Source of the DNA: Candidatus Hadarchaeota archaeon
GTDB lineage: Archaea > CAYQAE01 > CAYVLA01
Reading direction: 5' to 3'
Length of the DNA stretch: 24,781 bases
Assembly: GCA_964452145.1 (NCBI GenBank)
Contig: CAYVLA010000013.1
Location: 2,942-27,722 of the forward strand
In this document: positions 1-7,423 of the stretch, in pieces
Position numbering within the stretch: position 1 is the first letter of the stretch
Layout: every line of letters starts with the position of its first letter
Translations under genes and position numbers: made by a program
Notes under the pieces: model-generated
Databases searched by the model: none
Told to the model about the DNA's origin: nothing
The model's input: only the letters and a program-made list of their open reading frames with translations

Positions 1-260
1 CCGCCCTCCGCGATCACCTGCGGCAGGTCGATGTGGGCCACCAGGTAGGAGAACACGCCGCCCAGCACCAGGTACACCCCGCTGTACCAGGATTTCAGCC
101 AGCTGGCCGCGACGTGCACCCCGGATGCCAGTGCTCGTTTGGCATTTCTCCTGTACGCTTCTTCCAGGTAGCGGTCGACCTCGGGGGTCGACTCAATCCC
201 GGCCTCCTCGAGGACCTTGGCCCTGAAGGTCGCAAGATCCACATCCTCTACCTTCCCCAC
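1..260 (-). CDS. Hypothetical protein, partial (runs off the left edge)
   Basis: Hand-translated open frame from GTG at 260, preceded by a GGTGA Shine-Dalgarno: MGKVEDVDLATFRAKVLEEAGIESTPEVDRYLEEAYRRNAKRALASGVHVAASWLKSWYSGVYLVLGGVFSYLVAHIDLPQVIAEG...; no stop in the window. Last visible gene of a tightly packed minus-strand run. Confidence 0.6.
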   Translation of the reverse strand, partial: MGKVEDVDLATFRAKVLEEAGIESTPEVDRYLEEAYRRNAKRALASGVHVAASWLKSWYSGVYLVLGGVFSYLVAHIDLPQVIAEG

Positions 261-269
261 TTTCTTCAC

Positions 270-341
270 CTACCGTGTCACCTCGGTGCTTTCGCCCGTG
301 ATGACTACAAAAGGGGGGCCCCCTTTTTTGGGGTCAGGCAT
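270..341 (-). CDS. Putative 23-aa peptide (MPDPKKGGPPFVVITGESTEVTR)
   Basis: GGTGAGG directly before the ATG; start overlaps the stop of 334..537 (ATGCCTGA); its TAG abuts the SD of the next gene. Confidence 0.3.
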   Translation of the reverse strand: MPDPKKGGPPFVVITGESTEVTR

Positions 342-537
342 CCTCACCACGACCACCACGCTTCTGCTCTCTGTTCCTCAAAGCCCGGAGGCAAAGGATC
401 GCCCGCGTCAACAGATTGCACTCATAGAAAACTTCGCGGTCTATGCCTCCCGCAGCAGACGCCTCGAGTTCCAGATCAGCGATCTCGTTATCCGTCATCT
501 CGCAGATCTCGGGAGTCGAAGCAGGGAGCCTACCCAT
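334..537 (-). CDS. Small hypothetical protein of the mobile element (67 aa)
   Basis: 8-nt overlap with the upstream ORF (ATGGGTAG), GGAGGTG SD upstream; translational coupling pattern. Confidence 0.55.
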   Translation of the reverse strand: MGRLPASTPEICEMTDNEIADLELEASAAGGIDREVFYECNLLTRAILCLRALRNREQKRGGRGEDA

Positions 538-796
538 CGGAAGCCACCTCCGTTCTCTGTCCTGTCTGTGTCGGTTGCCCCAGTTTCTCCAAGATCTCGA
601 ATTGTTTTAGCATAGCCTCAAGGCTTGCTTTTATTAGTCCCATTTCAGCCTTGGGATGCATTAGGACAATTGTAGCGGAATCCCGCTTGTAGGGGATCTT
701 TTTGTCGAATCCTGCACGTCGGAACGAAGCTGGCCAGTATGCAAGGCCGCCGCCGCTGCTGCCGTAGACTTTAATGAAATCCGTTACCTCGTCCAT
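530..796 (-). CDS. Small protein, possibly AbrB/SpoVT-like DNA-binding (88 aa)
   Basis: N-terminal pattern IKVYGSSGGGLAYWPASFRR...TIVLMHP loosely resembles swapped-hairpin regulators; divergent from 840..1838. Confidence 0.55.
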   Translation of the reverse strand: MDEVTDFIKVYGSSGGGLAYWPASFRRAGFDKKIPYKRDSATIVLMHPKAEMGLIKASLEAMLKQFEILEKLGQPTQTGQRTEVASDG

Positions 797-829
797 ATCA
801 AAATATTAATAATCTGTTCTCGCCCCTTG

Positions 830-851
830 TGTTGCCGACATGTTGTCAACA
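830..851. promoter_or_regulatory. 22-bp imperfect palindrome (candidate operator) between divergent genes
   Basis: TGTTGCCGACATGTTGTCAACA matches its reverse complement at 18/22 positions; AT-rich TATA-like tract at 799-813 alongside. Confidence 0.55.
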
Positions 852-1838
852 GAAGGTGAATATGTACTTGGTAGGATGAAATTCACGAAAGACGAAGTAG
901 CAGATGCAATTCTATCTGCCCTCCTCAAGGCGGACGATCCGGCCTTGAAACCGCAGGAGTTGGGGTCGGCGGTCTCTGAACATCTCAATAAAAGGAATCC
1001 TGAGTATGGGAGACTCGAGAAGGTTCCCGGGACATCTCTGAGAGTTGCCATCAATCTGTTGAAAGCCAAGGCAAAGATCCTCCATTTCCCTTTTAAACGA
1101 AACTTGGCATACTATGCTCATCCAGACAGGAAGGAAGAGGCAGAGAGATGGCTGCTTCTCCTTAAAGGCATCAAGCCCGAAGACCTAGCGCAAAGGTCAA
1201 CTAATACTCTGAAGCACCTTGAACAGATTGCATTGGGACTGAGGTACTTGAGAGATCTTAAGGGGCGATTCGCTTTGCGTGGTATGGATAAGGATGATAT
1301 GGACAAGGCTAAGGCTGGAGAGCAATACGAAAAGTGCACTCTACATCACCTGGAGACGGGGTATAAACCCGTCCATAACCTCCTCACGGAGAAGGAGAAG
1401 GCAGAAGAGAGGATCGGTGAGATGGAGAAGGCACTCAAAGAACGAGTCAAGGCTAAGTTGCGTGACAGCGACGAGTTGTCTGGGCACGAGATCGAACTGG
1501 ACAAGATTACCGAGGTTGTTTACAAGGATCTCGAGTCCACTCTGAAGGGACGCGAACCATTCTATCTGAACCATCTTGAGATTGTAGATGGAAAAGTACA
1601 AGCTACCAGATCGTATCCTATGGGAGAAGAACAGATCTTCGTGCCACTAAAACGGTTCATCCAGGGCGAGATCGAGGAGGAAGCCAATAGAGACGAGCGC
1701 GGAAAGATCATAGAGTTGGAAGAGACGTACCCGGAGTTGAACAGGGATTGGGAAGAAAAATCGACTCTTTTGGTTGCCCGGCTAGATGGTGGGATGCGCC
1801 TGCTTGGTGAATGTGACATATGTAGAGAATCAGATTGA
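840..1838 (+). CDS. Hypothetical protein: possible N-terminal wHTH, helical/coiled-coil body, C-terminal CxxC (start may be ATG 876)
   Basis: 332-aa ORF with a realistic charged composition; ends GECDICRESD; convergent with the integrase. Confidence 0.8.
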   Translation: MLSTEGEYVLGRMKFTKDEVADAILSALLKADDPALKPQELGSAVSEHLNKRNPEYGRLEKVPGTSLRVAINLLKAKAKILHFPFKRNLAYYAHPDRKEEAERWLLLLKGIKPEDLAQRSTNTLKHLEQIALGLRYLRDLKGRFALRGMDKDDMDKAKAGEQYEKCTLHHLETGYKPVHNLLTEKEKAEERIGEMEKALKERVKAKLRDSDELSGHEIELDKITEVVYKDLESTLKGREPFYLNHLEIVDGKVQATRSYPMGEEQIFVPLKRFIQGEIEEEANRDERGKIIELEETYPELNRDWEEKSTLLVARLDGGMRLLGECDICRESD

Positions 1839-1869
1839 GAACAACTTGGAAAAGATTCCTCCCAATCCT

Positions 1870-3258
1870 TCAGTCTTTTCTCTTGAGTCTTCCAATCAGT
1901 TTGGAGAGAATAACCAATTCCTCTGGAGACAGGTCTGCTACCTCTGCACCTACCTCATCCCCAATCCTAGCGATCTCCTCGAGCCTAGCTATTCGTCCCT
2001 TCATCCCCGCGGCTTCCTTCCGGAGCTCCGCGTTCTCCATCACGACACCCGCCAACAGCTTCTCCAAATCGTGCTTCGATTCCTCCAGGTCCTTGACAGA
2101 TTTGTCCAGGTCGGCGCGCAGCTTGCCCAATTGTTCAGCGTCCTGGAAGATCGCAAGCACTGGTTCCGCCTTCAGATAGAACTCGGCGAGGGCCTCGGTT
2201 GTGTGTCGACGATACTCCGACGTCAGATATCCCTCATGGCCCACCAGGGCCTCGGCCACATCCTGGGCAATGCTTGGCACAGAACCAAGCTTGGTCCTGA
2301 CGAATTTCCGGAGACAATGGATATGGCACGTGTTCTTTCCGCTATCCGGATCCTTCTCCAGGAGGCCGACCTTCTCAACCGCATTTCTCCATATCAGCTG
2401 TGCATTGGCCGCCGACATCGCCCAGACCCTTCCGTCGTCCACGGGGCGGTGGCTCCTGATCATGTGGCTATGCAGGCCTCTGCTATTCCGGAAGGGTCCC
2501 TTGCCGCACTGGGCACAGATCCCTTCGCCTCGTTGAGATAGATCAACATCCTCAACACCCTCAACATCCTTCTGGACATATCTGTCCCTCACCTTCAGCC
2601 ACTCCTCGAGGGCCGCCTTTGCCTCTCGCGATATGAAGGCATCCCGCCTCTCATGCTTCTTGGTATATGCAGGTCGCAGATCTATGCGCACAGGATCCTT
2701 GGCCATGTCGATGTCGTCCATTGTCACCTGGAGGGCTTCACTCAGCCTCATGCCGGATGTCGCCAGACACATGAAGAAGGACTTCCCCCTGACATCCATA
2801 TGGGTCACAATCGACCTGATCTCCTCGTTGGTCAGGACGTGGTCCCTTGTGATGGCCTTGCTGCCGCTCCTCCGTTTCGAAATGCGATTCCAGAACGTCC
2901 TCGGGGGCTCAACGGCGTTCTCCTCCAGGAAGACCCTGACCGTTGTCATGCGTAGCTTGATCGTCTTCGGCGCTGCCTCTTTGATTCGTGCCAGGAACTT
3001 CGAGATGTCTTCCTGTGCCGCCTTGTTCACCTCTTCCCTTGCGAGCCAGGGATTCTCCTGGTCCTCGCCAACGGCCTTGAGACGTGCGATGTATCGGTCC
3101 GCAACCGCCTCCAGGCCCTCTCGGCCCGAAAGGGTCGATATGTCTTGGCCTTCCAGGACGTTCCTGGGATCCCCCTCGAAGAATCTCCTGAGACCGGTCA
3201 TGTAGGTCTTCGGGGTTCTCTCCGATCCGTACTGCTTGAGATACTCGAGGCTACTCAC
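1870..3258 (-). CDS. Tyrosine recombinase/integrase with an inserted C2H2 zinc finger and C-terminal coiled coil
   Basis: Catalytic set present: R (TSGMRLSE), K (YTKKH), HxxR (HCLRK), H (LVGHEG), Y (SEYRR); N-terminal core-binding-type helices (APKTIKLRMTTVRVFL). Confidence 0.95.
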   Translation of the reverse strand: MSSLEYLKQYGSERTPKTYMTGLRRFFEGDPRNVLEGQDISTLSGREGLEAVADRYIARLKAVGEDQENPWLAREEVNKAAQEDISKFLARIKEAAPKTIKLRMTTVRVFLEENAVEPPRTFWNRISKRRSGSKAITRDHVLTNEEIRSIVTHMDVRGKSFFMCLATSGMRLSEALQVTMDDIDMAKDPVRIDLRPAYTKKHERRDAFISREAKAALEEWLKVRDRYVQKDVEGVEDVDLSQRGEGICAQCGKGPFRNSRGLHSHMIRSHRPVDDGRVWAMSAANAQLIWRNAVEKVGLLEKDPDSGKNTCHIHCLRKFVRTKLGSVPSIAQDVAEALVGHEGYLTSEYRRHTTEALAEFYLKAEPVLAIFQDAEQLGKLRADLDKSVKDLEESKHDLEKLLAGVVMENAELRKEAAGMKGRIARLEEIARIGDEVGAEVADLSPEELVILSKLIGRLKRKD

Positions 3259-3336
3259 TTCTGCTCACTTCCCGATCCGATATGCCTGTTTTCGATGAGG
3301 TGCTGCCGCGCCTCATACACGGGTATAGGCAGCCAA

Positions 3337-3354
3337 GCTATATAACCTTTTCGT
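3337..3354 (-). promoter_or_regulatory. Archaeal BRE/TATA promoter of the integrase
   Basis: Minus strand reads CGAAAAGGTTATATAG, about 80 nt upstream of the start. Confidence 0.7.
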
Positions 3355-3679
3355 AGATAGGTGAAGCGTGTATCCACGTTATATCTAGGCTCTCGCCTTC
3401 CCCTGACTGCCAATCAAGAACCGAAACAACGAACCGAGAGAAGCAATTCTGGGCATCCCGGCTCTCAAGTCCGTCAGCGGTTTCAATGAGAGTCGATAGA
3501 AATGCCGAATCGGGAACCGCAGATCATCGCGGCACCGCGAGATCATACTAAGGCCGTAGTCATTTCCCCAGATGCCCTCCCCCGTATCCGCCCGATAGAG
3601 GATCGGCATTAGAAGGAACAAGGAAGGTCAAAGTAACAGATGGGCTCCTTCAAAGTCTGTTCGCCTCTCGCGGTCGAGC

Positions 3680-5080
3680 CTACATGCTGCCTGGCTTCCC
3701 GGCTAGGTCAGAAGGTCTGAGCCTTCTACCACCAAAGATCATCATTGTGACTATCCCAACAGGGTGCCTCTCCTCATCGGCAGAGACACCTTCTCCTCCT
3801 CTGACGACCCTCCCGGAAAAGAAATTCTCTATAGCCGCTCGTGGTCCTCTCTGATCGCTGATGTCTAGCATTATCAGGAAACCTAACTTGCTCCTCCAAT
3901 TCTCCATCACCTCCAGCAGCTGCGAGTGGTATTGCTGCAACGCCTTCGCATGAGTTGGGGTCTTTGAGATTTTCAGTTCAAGGGTGACGGCATCGTTTAC
4001 AAGGATGTCCACCTTGCCAACTACCTTCTCACTCTCCTTGGCTATCGAGATGTTCTCCCTGCGCGTTCTCGTCAAGTACTTGGCGAGATGTGTCTTGAAG
4101 TCCCGTTCTTTCTGGAATGCACAGGTTTCGCGCCATTCGCTATCCTCAACTTGATTCTTGTAGTCATACACGAGTCTCAGAAGAAGGACATACAGTCCGC
4201 TCCATGGGTGACCGGTGATGATTGGTCTATAGTCATTGACATCGAACTCAGCGTTGAGGTTGCTCAACACGCTGGTGAGGATAGGATCGTTCAGGCGGGT
4301 CTCTTCTCGGTATTGAGAGATCTCCGTGAGGACGATCCTACAGGCATCTCTGAACCTTCGTATAACCTCCAAGAAGTGACTGTGAATCTCTTGGCAGATT
4401 CTCGCGTTTATGTTGTGGTAATCGATCTCAGTGTAGTCGTACCGAGAGTACTCTTCTGCTCCCAAGGCAGAAGAGAGCTCTTCGTCATAGTCCATTCTCG
4501 TCTGCCAATCCAGTTTCCCTCTCATGAACAAGTCGAGTTTCAGAAGACGTAGCACGGCCTCTTGTATCCATTCGTCTTCATTGTGTGATCGGAAGTATAC
4601 GCGAGGGATATTCATCATTGAGCACCATGTAGTTCCCCAAGTCTGGTAGTTGAGAAAGCAGTACAGAAGCTCACTGTCGAAGTTCTCGATTCTATCTATC
4701 AGCTGTTTGGCCTGTCGGATCTGATCTGTAACCAGCCCCATGACCCTGGTCAGCTGCCTCTCGACATCGGAGGGAGAGGTATCCTGGTCAATACGGATTG
4801 CCTTCGCCCAGTGAGTCTCATACAGCGCTTCCTTGGCAATCTGCAGCTTCTCCACAAGCTCTGTCACGGCCGACTCAAAATCGCCTATGTGTGCGGAGTG
4901 GTTTGTGAGACAAGTCCGTATGTTTGAATACCTCTCCATCGGCTTACTCCCAACCTCATCAGGTTCGGACTTGAATAGCACCTTGACCAGAATCTGGGCC
5001 ATGTCTATGACTGTGTCATGCTGCTTCAGGTAGGAGAAATCACCTTCATCGAACACTCGTAGTTCCGAACCCAGTGACAA
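3680..5080 (-). CDS. Helical N-terminal region plus C-terminal PD-(D/E)xK nuclease domain; candidate defence protein
   Basis: E...GKVDILVNDAVTLELK...QLLEVM...LGFLIMLD pattern of restriction-endonuclease-like folds; 466 aa, lower GC than the core genes. Confidence 0.75.
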   Translation of the reverse strand: MSLGSELRVFDEGDFSYLKQHDTVIDMAQILVKVLFKSEPDEVGSKPMERYSNIRTCLTNHSAHIGDFESAVTELVEKLQIAKEALYETHWAKAIRIDQDTSPSDVERQLTRVMGLVTDQIRQAKQLIDRIENFDSELLYCFLNYQTWGTTWCSMMNIPRVYFRSHNEDEWIQEAVLRLLKLDLFMRGKLDWQTRMDYDEELSSALGAEEYSRYDYTEIDYHNINARICQEIHSHFLEVIRRFRDACRIVLTEISQYREETRLNDPILTSVLSNLNAEFDVNDYRPIITGHPWSGLYVLLLRLVYDYKNQVEDSEWRETCAFQKERDFKTHLAKYLTRTRRENISIAKESEKVVGKVDILVNDAVTLELKISKTPTHAKALQQYHSQLLEVMENWRSKLGFLIMLDISDQRGPRAAIENFFSGRVVRGGEGVSADEERHPVGIVTMMIFGGRRLRPSDLAGKPGSM

Positions 5081-5317
5081 GAGAACCCGAGGGATTAGTC
5101 AAGCGGCCACACATAATTGTGTTTGCTCCAGGCCCTCATTAACTACGTCTCTGCCTACCTGCCGACAGGTCTGGAGCCAGCCTACCGAAGCAAGCTGATG
5201 GGGTGCATAGATCCGACCCGCCGCGGGTAGGGTACGTAGACTCAAGGCAGCCTTGGAGGAATGACCGGGCCGCACTTGGATAGAACCTATCGGGCAATTG
5301 TGGAAGGCTTGTCTGTC

Positions 5318-5345
5318 CTAGGACATAATGCCGATTATGTTCCCC
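5318..5345 (+). other. dif-like tyrosine recombinase site (11-6-11)
   Basis: CTAGGACATAA-TGCCGA-TTATGTTCCCC; shares the CATAA-N6-TTATGTT core of E. coli dif. Confidence 0.55.
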
Positions 5346-5372
5346 CGCTTCCAGTATGGCTCGGAGGGTCAT

Positions 5373-5831
5373 CTATGATGTCCGTCTTGTGTAGACCCAG
5401 CTTCGAATCCCGTCGGCAGCGTTGCAGCACTCACCAGCATGCTCAAGGGCCAATTTGGCCTCGGCTTCTTTGAACAGTCTTTCGGGGCCGATTCTGAGTT
5501 TCTCGTTGCCGTATTTCGCGGTCGCATAGAACTTCGACCAAAACCTCGTCAGTATGAGAAGCCTGGCGAAGTTGTGGTGCTGGCAACTTTCAGGAATTCG
5601 GTCTATGATCCTCTTGAACTGTTCCTCGTTGAATTCGTGGCTCCTTGGGTATTCCTCTCCGAGGTAGAGAAAAATGGACTTAACTGAGAATTCCATGCTT
5701 TCCTGGGAAGCCGAAATGCTCTCTGGGTAGACAAATTTCCGGGACAGATACTCCCTTGCCTCCCGTCGCTTATTCGCAGCTCTGTTGTAGAAGCTCTCAG
5801 CAATTTCAAAGAAATCCGTATGTCCGGACAT
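5373..5831 (-). CDS. HEPN domain protein (HEPN-MNT class), no adjacent MNT
   Basis: SQESMEFSVKSIFLYLGEEYPRSHEF and FYATAKYG correspond to the HEPN motifs QQAxEKAxKA...PxTHDL and YxxARY. Confidence 0.85.
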   Translation of the reverse strand: MSGHTDFFEIAESFYNRAANKRREAREYLSRKFVYPESISASQESMEFSVKSIFLYLGEEYPRSHEFNEEQFKRIIDRIPESCQHHNFARLLILTRFWSKFYATAKYGNEKLRIGPERLFKEAEAKLALEHAGECCNAADGIRSWVYTRRTS

Positions 5832-5933
5832 GATTAACCAACTCGCTTGTCCAGTCTTGTCCTACCCGTCAGCATTAATCATTCGAAGCATCCGAGGATA
5901 TCTCTCTTAGTTGCGGTCGCAGGTAAGGAATGC

Positions 5934-6515
5934 CTATCGCTTGATATTCCCTCTGTCCAAGATGTAGACTTTTGATTCCGGAGAATCAGGGTTCTTCAGG
6001 AGTCTATCGATCCACAACACTCTATTATCCCAGTGGGGATGAACAGCCTCCCTGAGAGAGAGAACGAGTCTGTAAAGTCTCTTGAGCCTTTCTACTGTCC
6101 AACGTTGTCCGTGATATTTGAGATCTTCCTTGATTATCCTTCGTAGTAGCTGTAGGTCTTGAGTCTTGATGATCGTATAAGGCTCAATGATATCAATGAA
6201 CTTCAACACATTCGGCTTCCCCTTTCCGACCATGAGCTGGAACTTCTGCTTCTCTGTGCCTCCCGACGCTCGTGTCTTTGGTTCCCTTGGGCCAACGGGG
6301 TTCAAGTTACAGTTGATGCCTTCGCTCTCAAGGAAGAACCTGATCTGCCCAAGCGCTGGTCCATACGTATTCACCAGTACTATCTGAGGACAGAAGGATA
6401 TGCCATATCTGCCGCCTGGTCTCTTGTTCTTCGAGATCTGCGCATTGACACATCCCTCGCCGTCAAGCATGCCGGCCGCATAGCTCCAGTTGAGCGGATC
6501 TATCTTCGGCAGCAA
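5934..6515 (-). CDS. Single-motif LAGLIDADG homing endonuclease family protein
   Basis: WSYAAGMLDGEGCV motif, plus FxPQI.L.NT and FI..IEPYTIIK elements. Start placed at TTG 6515 (GAGGGGT SD, CTTAAGTA TATA at ~6548-6555); the ORF extends to 6590. Confidence 0.9.
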   Translation of the reverse strand: MLPKIDPLNWSYAAGMLDGEGCVNAQISKNKRPGGRYGISFCPQIVLVNTYGPALGQIRFFLESEGINCNLNPVGPREPKTRASGGTEKQKFQLMVGKGKPNVLKFIDIIEPYTIIKTQDLQLLRRIIKEDLKYHGQRWTVERLKRLYRLVLSLREAVHPHWDNRVLWIDRLLKNPDSPESKVYILDRGNIKR

Positions 6516-6683
6516 ATTACCCCTCGCTCCCGAGGATGCTGTTGTGGTACTTAAGTTTGTCTGAGGGGTCAAGAAGACGGACATAGACAAGATCAGGATA
6601 TGTGTCTACCAATGGTCACTTGATTCTTCTAACAACGCACTTCAGTGCGCCGGGATGTCGAGAATGGACGGGGCAAATGAGCA

Positions 6684-6711
6684 TCGGGACATAATGGAAG
6701 TTAATTTCATG
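6684..6711 (+). other. Second dif-like site (degenerate right arm)
   Basis: TCGGGACATAA-TGGAAG-TTAATTTCATG; shares 10 bp (GGACATAATG) with the site at 5321-5330 and keeps TAA-N6-TTA. Confidence 0.4.
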
Positions 6712-6831
6712 CTTGGTCTGATGAAGACGTTAAGGAGTCGGGAATGAGGATCGGGTCGGTTGATTGGACGAACCGGGGTGCACGGTTCGCATTCGCGGTA
6801 CACGTACCCCGAATGCCCCAATTGATCTCGG

Positions 6832-7070
6832 CTATGGTGGCAGCGCTTTGCCCTCAACTTTGCCTTCAGTCAGCAGAGCGCGCACTTCCTTGAACCTGAG
6901 TCGATAGACGATCTTCTTCGAATCCGGGTCATACCTCTTCTCCACAAGACCGGCATCGACAAGTGTCTGAAGGGACCTGTAGACGGACTCCCTTGAGAGC
7001 CTACGGCCGGACCTCTCAAGGAAAGTTTCGAAAACATCGCTCGCTCTCGCTCGAAACCTTTTTCTGAGCC
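6832..7070 (-). pseudogene. 5'-truncated winged-helix (ArsR/Fur-like) regulator
   Basis: RASDVFETFLERSGRRLSRESVYRSLQTLVDAGLVEKRYDPDSKKIVYRL is a clear HTH plus wing; the upstream in-frame sequence does not look like the expected first helix and has no convincing start. Confidence 0.55.
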
Positions 7071-7374
7071 TGCATGGCCATTGGGTACGGGAATGGATCA
7101 AAGGTTTCAAGCCCGTCTGGCCTGTCCAGCCGTCCCGGGAGTATAGCCTCGCAGAAATGGAAGCACTCACGGGCGTCGGCCCCCGTCTGCAAGATTCCCC
7201 TGTTAATCCTCGCGAAGCGCGGAGCCATCCGAAGGATAGAGGATTCGAAGGGCCAAAGGGTAAGGTTTCAGAAGATGGAGGGTTTGGGCCATGTATGCTG
7301 CGCCGCCTTCCCCAAGGAGGTGAGTAGATGACGTAAGAATATTAGCTCTTTCTCTAGCCTAGTTACTTGCCTTA

Positions 7375-7420
7375 CGAAAGCTTTTTATCTATCATGCGTT
7401 AGGCTACACCCTACGGTGAT
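7375..7420 (+). promoter_or_regulatory. BRE/TATA promoter and SD for 7424..8317
   Basis: CGAAAG-CTTTTTATCT followed by GGTGAT just before the GTG. Confidence 0.65.
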
Positions 7421-7423
7421 CGG

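Noticed and set aside
3522..3544. GATC-A-TCGCGG-CA-CCGCGA-GATC near-palindrome as ncRNA or origin
   Set aside because: Isolated short GC-rich palindrome with no supporting context.
5106..5133. Another CATAA-N6-TTG dif-like site
   Set aside because: Right arm does not match; its position ~30 nt upstream of the 466-aa gene fits a TATA element better.
5139..5372. 77-aa ORF as the MNT antitoxin of the HEPN
   Set aside because: No nucleotidyltransferase motif; non-protein-like composition; overlaps the dif-like site.
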